This document shows, in pieces, positions 1 to 8,354 of a stretch of DNA of 47,482 nt. How positions within the stretch are numbered: the stretch's first letter is position 1; every line of letters starts with the position of its first letter. The notes under the pieces were generated by a model. It made no database searches, had not been told where the DNA came from, and saw only the letters and a list, made by a program, of their open reading frames with translations. Both the position numbers and the translations under genes were made by a program. Origin of the DNA: Candidatus Nanoanaerosalina halalkaliphila (GTDB lineage: Archaea; Nanohalarchaeota; Nanosalinia; Nanosalinales; Nanoanaerosalinaceae); NCBI GenBank assembly GCA_022729335.1, contig JALDAE010000003.1, forward strand, positions 1 to 47,482, in the 5' to 3' direction.

Positions 1-769
1 ACCAGTTATAAAGCTTGACAGACCCTGCAACAATAAAAACGCTTAAAACAATAAATAGCGCTATTCTTACTCTATTAGGCGTCCAGAAAGGTCTAACAAA
101 CTCCAAATTATCCAGCGAGGTTACATATCTACCATCCAAATCAAGAGCAACTTCCATATAATAGTATCCTGTTTCAATCTCTTCCTCAGTGACGTTAACA
201 CGGATTAGATCCGAATAAGTTTGATTTATAAAAACACTCCTGTTAAAGCTTTCAACTGTTTCTCCAGTAGCAGATCTTTTGAAAGAAAAATTTAGGTCAT
301 AAACGTCTTCAAGTGGCTCATAAGCTTCTACGCTCACAAACAATTCAGGGTTATCCTCTATGTTCACTGTGTTCGAGACAAAACCTGAATTTAAATCAAC
401 CAAAACACTATGTTCCGGCATAACTGTTACAGAAACCGGGATTTCTTCAGATCTATTATCATCTTCAATGTTCAAAGAACCCGAATATGTTCTTTCAATA
501 GATATATTCGGAGCTTCAACTTCCACCTGATACATCTCCCTCTGATCCATCCCTATCGTTCTTGTAACACTGGTTAAATTCGCCAGATCTCCGGATATAT
601 CGACCGAAACATCTCCCTCAAAATCAAAGACGTTAACACTATAATTTCTTTCCTCATTGGCGGTCATAACATGATCTTCCATGTATGTCTCAACCGACAT
701 TCCGGCGATAACGATAGAAGAAAGGAACACAAATACAGAAAACAACATCAAAAAGCGGTTGATGGACAT
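1..769 (-). CDS. Secreted/membrane-anchored protein (signal peptide, beta-rich ectodomain, TM helix); 3' end runs off the window
   Basis: Not in the ORF track. Hand translation from ATG at 769 gives MSINRFLMLFSVFVFLSSIVIAG..., an acidic ectodomain with N-x-S/T sequons, then RIALFIVLSVFIVAGSVKLYNW; frame is open to position 1. Confidence 0.85.
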   Translation of the reverse strand, partial: MSINRFLMLFSVFVFLSSIVIAGMSVETYMEDHVMTANEERNYSVNVFDFEGDVSVDISGDLANLTSVTRTIGMDQREMYQVEVEAPNISIERTYSGSLNIEDDNRSEEIPVSVTVMPEHSVLVDLNSGFVSNTVNIEDNPELFVSVEAYEPLEDVYDLNFSFKRSATGETVESFNRSVFINQTYSDLIRVNVTEEEIETGYYYMEVALDLDGRYVTSLDNLEFVRPFWTPNRVRIALFIVLSVFIVAGSVKLYNW

Positions 770-853
770 AAACAAAAGTATTCTCTTCCTCAATATAAAA
801 TTACCTTATTTGAACAAGAAACCCTTTAAAAAATTGTATTTTAATGAGAACTT

Positions 854-1255
854 ATGGGAGAAAAAATCGATACTTGGATGATTTTCGAGGTGCTGGCAGC
901 GAAAAAAGATACAGCTGAAGAATCTCTCAAGGAACATGTGGAGAAAATAGAGAACGAAGAAGGCGTCGAAGAAATAGAAAAAGATTTCGATGAAGTAAAG
1001 GAAGTAGAGAACCCGCATCCAAAGCTTGAAAAAGGATTTTCACAGGTTCTTGAGATGAGGTGTAAAGTCAAAAACTTTTCAGAACTAGTAAAAATAGTCC
1101 TTAATTACGGACCTACAATGATAGAGATAGAAGGACCTGAAAAAATTGAAATGAATATGAGAGAAATGCAAGATTCACTAAATCTAGTAGCTGAAATGAT
1201 GCACAAGTTTTTAAAGGCCGGAGCAGGCGGTATGATGATATCCGGGAATGAATGA
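854..1255 (+). CDS. Conserved archaeal hypothetical protein
   Basis: 133-aa acidic ORF; the FEVL...FSQVLE...YGPTMIEIEGP pattern resembles an uncharacterised archaeal family (recalled, not searched). Confidence 0.75.
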   Translation: MGEKIDTWMIFEVLAAKKDTAEESLKEHVEKIENEEGVEEIEKDFDEVKEVENPHPKLEKGFSQVLEMRCKVKNFSELVKIVLNYGPTMIEIEGPEKIEMNMREMQDSLNLVAEMMHKFLKAGAGGMMISGNE

Positions 1256-1314
1256 ACAATAACAAGTTAAAGAGGGAAAGCGTTTTATATATTCATCCCT
1301 CTCTTTAGTTTATT

Positions 1315-2280
1315 ATGAAACGTTTCAACAATTTTTTTAAACAAAGGAGCATAAATCACTCTTCACTGTTAAAAGTTTCATTGTTGTTTATTTTTGTTAT
1401 AGTTCTCTCTACAATGGTATCAGCCAGTTTAGTTTCGGAAGAAGAAGTAATAGAGTTAGGTGAACCTACAGAAATTTCATTAACAAAAAACTTCGTTAAT
1501 ATAACCTCATCGCAGGTATCAGTAGCCATTCCACAGGCTTATGAACCTGAAAACATCAGAGGTTATTCTGAAGATGAAGAACTTGAATGTAATTACAGGG
1601 AGACCTGGGGCAAGGAAATAATATGCCATGTACCCGAGGATCCCCCGGAAAACTACTCGGTCACAATAGAATACGAGACACCTAGTTTCACTGAATCAGT
1701 TGATGGATACAATGTTTTTGAATATCAAAAAAGAGTCCTTGTACCTACAGAGGAATACTCCCTGGAAGTAATACTGCCCGAAGGTTCAGGGATCATCAGT
1801 GGCGATGATATAGGTCCTTACTATCCGGAAGACTCAGTTACAGGCAGCGAGGGTCGTCGTATATTCATAAGATGGGATTTAGAAGATATATCTCTCGGTG
1901 AAACCTATGACTTTGTTGTACGTTATCAGGAATTAGAAGTTCTCAGAAATCTTTTCCCGGTTGATATAAGGACTCTGGGGATTATTGTCGCACTAATAGT
2001 GGCAATATCGTTTTCCCTTTATTTCAAGTTCAAGAGAAAAGAGGAAACCATAGCCTCAATACTTCCATTGCTTAAAGAAGATGAAAAAAAGGTTCTTATG
2101 GAGATAATAGAAAACGGTGGAGAATGCGAACAAAGAAAACTTGTCCAGGAACTTGATTATTCAAAAGCAAAGATCTCCAGATTGGTTAAAGACCTTGAAG
2201 AACGTAATCTCTTAAAGAAAATAAAAGAAGGTAGAAAAAACCGTCTTGTATTGAAAAAAGAGATAGGGGATTTGGACTGA
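1315..2280 (+). CDS. Membrane-anchored winged-helix regulator (COG2512-like)
   Basis: N-terminal hydrophobic signal, ectodomain, TM (LGIIVALIVAISFSLYF), C-terminal wHTH LKEDEKKVL..QRKLVQELDYSKAKISRLVKDLEERNLLKKIKEGRKN. Confidence 0.85.
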   Translation: MKRFNNFFKQRSINHSSLLKVSLLFIFVIVLSTMVSASLVSEEEVIELGEPTEISLTKNFVNITSSQVSVAIPQAYEPENIRGYSEDEELECNYRETWGKEIICHVPEDPPENYSVTIEYETPSFTESVDGYNVFEYQKRVLVPTEEYSLEVILPEGSGIISGDDIGPYYPEDSVTGSEGRRIFIRWDLEDISLGETYDFVVRYQELEVLRNLFPVDIRTLGIIVALIVAISFSLYFKFKRKEETIASILPLLKEDEKKVLMEIIENGGECEQRKLVQELDYSKAKISRLVKDLEERNLLKKIKEGRKNRLVLKKEIGDLD

Positions 2281-2658
2281 TTAAGGTGTCGGGTCTCTCA
2301 TATCATCAGGTAGATCTTCTTCGTCCAGATCACTTTCCTCTAGAGCCTGTTCGTCTATCTCCCAGATAGCCATTTCCAAGTCTTCTCCAACATCCAATTC
2401 ACAAACAATTACATCAGTAACGTAAGTCACTTCCTTTACCTCCTCCGGTACATCATCAAATACATAGCCCTCTGGAGACTTGCAGTAACAATCAAGGGAT
2501 TCATCCAAGTCTTGATGCTCAACTACCTCCAAACACCTATCAGAAGGACTGTAATCCGCATCGGTTTCTTCTTCCATCCTAAAAATCTGTATTGCTCCAG
2601 CCAAAATCACAATAACCAACACAAAAACAATCAGATTTTCTTTTATCCATTTTTTCAT
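2281..2658 (-). CDS. Small membrane-anchored protein with 4 Cys
   Basis: N-terminal TM, acidic ectodomain with C..CYC..C; AGGTGA SD motif upstream. Confidence 0.75.
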   Translation of the reverse strand: MKKWIKENLIVFVLVIVILAGAIQIFRMEEETDADYSPSDRCLEVVEHQDLDESLDCYCKSPEGYVFDDVPEEVKEVTYVTDVIVCELDVGEDLEMAIWEIDEQALEESDLDEEDLPDDMRDPTP

Positions 2659-2671
2659 AATTGATCACCTT

Positions 2672-3340
2672 TTATTCTTCGATATACTCCTCAAGAACCT
2701 CGCCAAGTTCTTCCTTGTCCATGTAGCCCTCATATACATCCCCATTTATCTTTATAACAGGGTATGTCCCCATGTCGTAAGTTTCTTCCATTATATTTAT
2801 GGGTCTCATATCAAGAGTGGTATCCATCGGGAAAACGAGAAGGGTCTCATCGTACTTCTCCCTGTAATGAGATATTATAGTTCCCTGATCTTCACAAGCA
2901 GGACACTCCTGTTCTTCCGAATAAAAGTAGAGAAGTTTTATCTTATCAGATCCGCACATTTCTTCGATCTGTTCTGTCAGGAGCCAGTATTCAAGAAGTA
3001 CATTTGTGTATTCTTTCTTGAGAAGTTCGAACTCCTCATCCTCTATCTTTCTGTTCTCCTCGTACATAACAACCTCATCGGCAAGTTCCTGAGTATCTGA
3101 TATTGTCTGTTCCACAGCCAGTTCCAGGGCTTCACAGCTCTTTTCAGGGAGTTCCTGAGCTACCTGTCGGCTTATCTCCTGCGATCTTCTTTCCACCTCA
3201 AAACTTCTTATCTCATCTTCTATACCCGAAACCTTTTCATCGGATAGCATAATACCAAAGAAAAAGATACCACTCATAAGAACCACAGTGAGAGCTACAG
3301 CAATTATAACGGTGCCTATATTCAAGTTTTCATCTACCAT
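2672..3340 (-). CDS. Membrane-anchored thioredoxin-fold protein (CPAC)
   Basis: N-terminal TM, helical region with two Cys, then LLYFYS..CPAC..QG and the cis-Pro-like TYPVIKING motif. Confidence 0.8.
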   Translation of the reverse strand: MVDENLNIGTVIIAVALTVVLMSGIFFFGIMLSDEKVSGIEDEIRSFEVERRSQEISRQVAQELPEKSCEALELAVEQTISDTQELADEVVMYEENRKIEDEEFELLKKEYTNVLLEYWLLTEQIEEMCGSDKIKLLYFYSEEQECPACEDQGTIISHYREKYDETLLVFPMDTTLDMRPINIMEETYDMGTYPVIKINGDVYEGYMDKEELGEVLEEYIEE

Positions 3341-4554
3341 TTTATAACCTCATTGTCCCTGGCCATCTCGAAAAAAGTGGCCAGCCAAAACATCGCGAAC
3401 AGATAAGGATATATCGTAAAGAATGTTAAATAATTAATCTTTTTTTCCTTAATGTTTAGTTTTTCACCTGCGGAGAAAAGGCTCAGGAAAACCATCCCAA
3501 TACCCGTGGACATAAAGAAAATTATGAAAATATGGAAAAAATGTAGCTGCTGAACCGAAAAAGTTAATTCAAATGGGATATACCCAAGCAAGATATACAT
3601 GTTAGCCCACTCAAAGAAAATCGAGAGTATGTTGTAGGTCACATGGACAAGTATAAACATCAGCATAAATATCCATAAAACGTTGAGAGGTAACAGGAAA
3701 AACCCCAGGTTGCCGCTACCCGGATCCAGAAACATGTTACGGTAACTAATAAAGTTCTCGACGTATCCTCTGTACCATCTGATTCTCTGTCGGAAAAGAG
3801 ATCTGAACGTAGATGGAGGGTCTGTCCAAACCATCCCATTGGTACTGTTCTCAATCTTCTTACCCTCATCCATCATCCTGAAAGCCATCTCCATGTCTTC
3901 TGTGTGAGTGTCCTCCCTCCAGCCACCCGTTTCATCAAGAAAACTGGTCCTGTATATGCTTCCAGGACCCGGCAATACGTACTGTACCTGGAAAAGTGCA
4001 AAGACTTTTCTCAAAAATATTTGATAGATATATTCGGTCCACTGTATTTTTTCAACCACCTTATCATCTCTCAATATCTTCAGAGCTGGAGTAACGCCGT
4101 AAACCTCTTCATCATTGAAATAGCCTACCATATTCTTCAAAAAGTTTTCCGAGGGGTAGGAATCAGCATCCATCGAAGCCACAAGCTCTGTATCAACTTC
4201 TTCAAGAGCCTGATTCATCGAGTTGGCTTTACCGGTGTTCTCCTTGTCTATAATTTCTATTTCTTCATCGTACTGTTTCAGAACCTCAAGAGTGTTGTCC
4301 TCGGATCCGTCATTTATCGCAATTATCTCTAACTTTTCTTCCGGATAATCAAGATCCAGTAAAGCCTCTATAGTTTTACCAACATACTCCTCCTCATTGT
4401 AAGCAGGTACAAGAAAAGTAACGTCTTTTAAATCATCAGGCAACGGATCTTTAACGATTTTTCCAAGATTGGTATAGTAAACAATAAGCCAGAGAACAGC
4501 GGAAAAGATCATGATTGCAAAGAAAAAGATATAGATAAAATCGATGATGCTCAT
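3334..4554 (-). CDS. Processive GT2 glycosyltransferase (cellulose synthase/PgaC-like)
   Basis: PAYNE, DGSED, GKA, DADS, TED and QRIRW motifs with N- and C-terminal TM helices. Confidence 0.92.
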   Translation of the reverse strand: MSIIDFIYIFFFAIMIFSAVLWLIVYYTNLGKIVKDPLPDDLKDVTFLVPAYNEEEYVGKTIEALLDLDYPEEKLEIIAINDGSEDNTLEVLKQYDEEIEIIDKENTGKANSMNQALEEVDTELVASMDADSYPSENFLKNMVGYFNDEEVYGVTPALKILRDDKVVEKIQWTEYIYQIFLRKVFALFQVQYVLPGPGSIYRTSFLDETGGWREDTHTEDMEMAFRMMDEGKKIENSTNGMVWTDPPSTFRSLFRQRIRWYRGYVENFISYRNMFLDPGSGNLGFFLLPLNVLWIFMLMFILVHVTYNILSIFFEWANMYILLGYIPFELTFSVQQLHFFHIFIIFFMSTGIGMVFLSLFSAGEKLNIKEKKINYLTFFTIYPYLFAMFWLATFFEMARDNEVIKW

Positions 4555-4579
4555 AAGGTTTTTTTACACCTGAAATTAT

Positions 4580-5311
4580 TTAAGAAGACCCAGTTTTATT
4601 TCCGCCACCACCGAAATATCTTTCCCAGACAAGTTTGATAAGGACTTTCACATTGTCAAGTATATCCAAAAAACTGAACTTCGGCTCTCCAGCCTTCCTC
4701 GGCCTGAAATCTATCGGTATCTCCTTCACCTCGTACCCGCTCCATACAATCTTCATTAAAGAACTTGGCTGGTAGCTGTAACCCGATGGAAGGTCCTCTG
4801 ATGTCAAGAATGGTTTAAGCTCTGATTTATATGCTTTAAATCCACTTGTGATATCGTTTACAGGACTACCCAGAACTTTCCTGTACAGGAAACTTCCTAT
4901 GAGAGCAGGAATTTGTCTGTGGATGCCGTCTTTCCTTTTTCCTCCCTCAACATCCCTAGAACCTACAACGACATCAGCATCACCAATGTTATCGATCATA
5001 TCAACCAGATGCTCTACAGGATGCGAGAAATCAGCGTCCATATGTATCAGTATATCTCCATCTACCTCGGTAAAACCTTCCTTGTAAGCCGATCCAAGCC
5101 CTTTTTTCCCTTCTCTAACCATAAGACGGATGTTTTCAAATTCTTCCGACATTTCTTCAACTATGCCTGCAGTATCATCAGGAGAATTGTCATCAACAAC
5201 AAGTATCTCGAAATTTCTATCGCTCAAAACCTCTTGAATCCTCTTCAGCAGTTCTTCTATATTCTCTGATTCGTTGTAGGTAGGTATTACTATCGAGGTC
5301 TTCACTCCCAA
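4580..5311 (-). CDS. Polyprenol/dolichol-phosphate mannose synthase-like GT2 (DPM1 family)
   Basis: IPTYNE, VDDNSPD, KKGLGSAY, MDADFSH, VGSR, DITSGFKAY; start is TTG or a nearby GTG. Confidence 0.9.
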   Translation of the reverse strand: MGVKTSIVIPTYNESENIEELLKRIQEVLSDRNFEILVVDDNSPDDTAGIVEEMSEEFENIRLMVREGKKGLGSAYKEGFTEVDGDILIHMDADFSHPVEHLVDMIDNIGDADVVVGSRDVEGGKRKDGIHRQIPALIGSFLYRKVLGSPVNDITSGFKAYKSELKPFLTSEDLPSGYSYQPSSLMKIVWSGYEVKEIPIDFRPRKAGEPKFSFLDILDNVKVLIKLVWERYFGGGGNKTGSS

Positions 5312-5353
5312 CCCTCAAGTCAATATTTCTGAAAAAAGTCTTATTAAGATGAA

Positions 5354-6586
5354 CTATTCAAGTCGGTAAACTATATATGCACAAGTTTCTCCCTGAAAAG
5401 TCTCAACCACCGGATAGTCAAGATCCCTGTCAGTAAATATATACTCCATATTTTCATCTTTGAACTCTTCATAATCCTTGTAAGGTGATGAAACCTTCTG
5501 ATCCAGTTTATAACCTGCAATGGACCACCTGTCACTTATAACTCCTCCCTCCCTTTCAGATAAAAATTCAAGACCCTCCATAAATTCTTCGTTACAGTAA
5601 ATCCTTTCCTGATACTCAGAATGAACATAAAACCCTGTTATTGCCACAAAAACTATAGACATGGCCATAAATTTTTTCTTATCAACTTTCTGGTATGCAA
5701 TAACGATCAAAAAAGGTGTTATAGGCAACCAGTACCTGTAAAAACTCATGCCTATAAATAAAACCGTTAAAATAGGGTGTATTGTCACCATTAACTTCTC
5801 AACAAGTTTTGAATCCTTCCATCCTATTAAAATACCGGGCAGGAATGCTACAGAGACATGAAACAGTTTCTCAAAGTTGGGTACTGTAGAAGCAAAAAGA
5901 CCGGAACCACTCCATTCAGCCACGTTGGTTGTGTAGAGAACTGCTTTATCGAATAAACCACCGTACCACAAATAGCTAAAAGCAAAGAAAGGTAAGCTGC
6001 CTAAAATACCTCCTGAAGCATATTTTAACAGCCCTGTTTTCTCCGATCTATCCATCATATATGAAACAAGGAAAGGTAAAGCGAATATTGCGTAAGTGTA
6101 TCTGAAGGTAACAGCTAAACCCATGGATATACCAACCAGCAAATCTCTTTCCTCAGTGTACAGGTAGTAAGATAAAAGGATAAACAAAAGTCCGGGTACA
6201 TCGGTCATAACCTGTGAGGACCAGAAGAAAAACAGCGGGGACAGTCCGAAGACAGCTGTTGGAAGCAGTGGTTCATCAAATTTTTTCCTGCATATCAGAT
6301 AAAAAACAAACAAGGATGCCAGTCCAAAAGCAGTTGAAATCAATCTTGCGCCAAAAACACTTTCACCTGTTACCTCCCATAACAAAGATACCAGTATCGA
6401 AATTAACATTGGTCGACTTGGCTCAAAATTGACTCCTTCACCGTATATGTTCCTCGCATTCAATAGAAACGATCCTTCATCCCATTCCAGAAAAGAATAG
6501 TACCCAATAGATAAGGAAATCAATATAAAAACGATTGAAATAACTACAAGAAATTTTGATGACTTGGTTTCCAACATTGGATACAC
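5354..6586 (-). CDS. GT-C glycosyltransferase (ArnT/PMT-like)
   Basis: Polytopic protein with WDE motif after TM1, RPML, AR, and TD(VP) motif. Confidence 0.85.
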   Translation of the reverse strand: MYPMLETKSSKFLVVISIVFILISLSIGYYSFLEWDEGSFLLNARNIYGEGVNFEPSRPMLISILVSLLWEVTGESVFGARLISTAFGLASLFVFYLICRKKFDEPLLPTAVFGLSPLFFFWSSQVMTDVPGLLFILLSYYLYTEERDLLVGISMGLAVTFRYTYAIFALPFLVSYMMDRSEKTGLLKYASGGILGSLPFFAFSYLWYGGLFDKAVLYTTNVAEWSGSGLFASTVPNFEKLFHVSVAFLPGILIGWKDSKLVEKLMVTIHPILTVLFIGMSFYRYWLPITPFLIVIAYQKVDKKKFMAMSIVFVAITGFYVHSEYQERIYCNEEFMEGLEFLSEREGGVISDRWSIAGYKLDQKVSSPYKDYEEFKDENMEYIFTDRDLDYPVVETFQGETCAYIVYRLE

Positions 6587-7741
6587 TTAATTTTTCATAT
6601 ATTCTCTCAAGAAAGTTGTTGCATAGGTTCCTTTGTAGAGGCCGAATGAAACTTTTGCCATGTTCTTGTTTATATTGAGATCGTCTTCATCGACTTCAAC
6701 AAGCTCGAAATCCTTTACCTCTCTAAAACATCTTCTGTAACCTCCTTCCACTCTGAGGTGTTTTAGATCCCTGAGCTTGAAATCCTCTAGTGTTACTTCG
6801 TCTTCTTCAAGAACTTCCTTGATCTTTTCTTCTGCTTCTGTATCTCTGAGAGAAGTCTTGTAACCTACGAGAGGTAGTTCAGCTTCTTTGTCATCAAAAC
6901 CATTTGAAATCACATGGCTCAAAGCCTTGTTAAACACATAGGACTGGTAAGAATGAATGAAAAGTTTCTGAAGGCCCTGAGGAAGTCTCTTTATTGCTCC
7001 TTCATAGTCCTCCTCCTTGTTTGCAAGATGATAGAGAAGGTTTTTCTCGTATCTGTACTCCGAAGGGAATCTTTCCGCTCCTCTTTCAGGATCTCTTGAC
7101 TCCCATAAATCTTTTCTTACTTTTTTGACTTTCTCGTGTTCTTCTTCATACGGTTTTGCTATGTAGGTCCATACTGCTTCCTCATAGTTTCCTTTCAATA
7201 TATGCCTACCGACCTGATGAGTTATAGGTCTCGTTGATCCAAATCTCTGAGCCCCGAAATAATTGGGAAAGTATTCTCCTATCTCATCCTCTATATTATT
7301 TATTCTCTTCTTTATATGGTCTTCCGGAAGATTAATATTCCTTATAACAATATCGAACTCGTTGTATTCCAGATCTCCCAGATTGATTCTATCTCCTTTA
7401 CCGACAACTTCAAGTTCTATCTCAGGCATGAAAACCCTTTCCAGATCTTCCTCGGTCACACCATTTATCGACATGTACTGGGTGGTGATAGCTCTTTTGT
7501 CCTTGTTTCCGGCATATCCAAACCTCTTTCTGGATATATGCAGAATCTTTGAAAGTTCGTGAATAGCCTCGAGAGTGGTCATGTTGTGCTTTGTGACCTT
7601 CACTATAAGATCATCGCCTTCACCTGTTTCATGATCAGCTACTTCTACGACTCTGAAATCCTCTATCTGCTCCTTTAGCGTTCCTTCAATACCTCTAGTA
7701 CTTGAGAGGTATGACCATTCGGGTAATTTTTCCTCAACCAT
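6587..7741 (-). CDS. truD: tRNA pseudouridine(13) synthase TruD
   Basis: EDFRVVE, YAGNKDKRAITTQ, N-F-I, PNYFGAQRFG, SYQSYVFN, GTYATTFLRE. Confidence 0.95.
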   Translation of the reverse strand: MVEEKLPEWSYLSSTRGIEGTLKEQIEDFRVVEVADHETGEGDDLIVKVTKHNMTTLEAIHELSKILHISRKRFGYAGNKDKRAITTQYMSINGVTEEDLERVFMPEIELEVVGKGDRINLGDLEYNEFDIVIRNINLPEDHIKKRINNIEDEIGEYFPNYFGAQRFGSTRPITHQVGRHILKGNYEEAVWTYIAKPYEEEHEKVKKVRKDLWESRDPERGAERFPSEYRYEKNLLYHLANKEEDYEGAIKRLPQGLQKLFIHSYQSYVFNKALSHVISNGFDDKEAELPLVGYKTSLRDTEAEEKIKEVLEEDEVTLEDFKLRDLKHLRVEGGYRRCFREVKDFELVEVDEDDLNINKNMAKVSFGLYKGTYATTFLREYMKN

Positions 7742-7745
7742 TTTA

Positions 7746-8093
7746 TCACAGTGTTGAAAACTTTCCGGTTATCTTATCTATTTTTTCCGATTTCGAAGGA
7801 CCTATCCCCACACATGTGGCGGTTCCAGGACTTAACTCGGTTTTACCTGCATCCTTAACTAGGTATGCGGGTAACCCGCTTTCCTTCGAATCCTGGTAAC
7901 ATTGTTTCAGTGTCTCCTCATCTTCCACGGTCACTACTACTTTTTTCATGCCATGTTTCTCCCATTCCTCAATAGGTTTCTTATCAGCTCTTCTGTATGC
8001 TCCGATGCTCGCATGGCATGACTGGACTATTTTCTTGCCCTCGCTCATACCCAAGTCAGACCGGAATACCAGCACCTGTTTGAAACTTTCCAT
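7746..8093 (-). CDS. pth2: Peptidyl-tRNA hydrolase Pth2
   Basis: KQVLVFRSDLGMSEGK..Q..HA, DAGKTE..PGT.T..GIGP. Confidence 0.95.
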   Translation of the reverse strand: MESFKQVLVFRSDLGMSEGKKIVQSCHASIGAYRRADKKPIEEWEKHGMKKVVVTVEDEETLKQCYQDSKESGLPAYLVKDAGKTELSPGTATCVGIGPSKSEKIDKITGKFSTL

Positions 8094-8222
8094 CAGCCTT
8101 AAAAAGTTAGTTATGTTGGATTAAAAAAGTTTCTTAAACACACAGAATTACTGTTTGATATAATCTTATTGGTAAATCAACCCTTTTAAAGGTATTTATA
8201 ATGATCCAGTTTTTTGCGAGAA

Positions 8223-8296
8223 TGGGTCGTGGAGGATTCGAACCTCCGATCTTCGCCACGTCAAGGCGACGTCCTAACCAACTAGACTAACGACCC
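8223..8296 (-). tRNA. tRNA-Val(GAC)
   Basis: Reverse complement GGGTCGT...TCGCC-TT-GAC-GT-GGCGA...GGTTCGAATCC...ACGACCC-A forms a cloverleaf; no intron, no encoded CCA. Confidence 0.96.
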
Positions 8297-8354
8297 TTCA
8301 CAATAACTTACTTTCTACCTCCAAAGGTTAAAAATATTTCCTAACCAGGTTCGG

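Noticed and set aside
8223-8296. tRNA-Val as an integration site
   Set aside because: Flanked by pth2/truD housekeeping genes; no att repeat or mobility gene.
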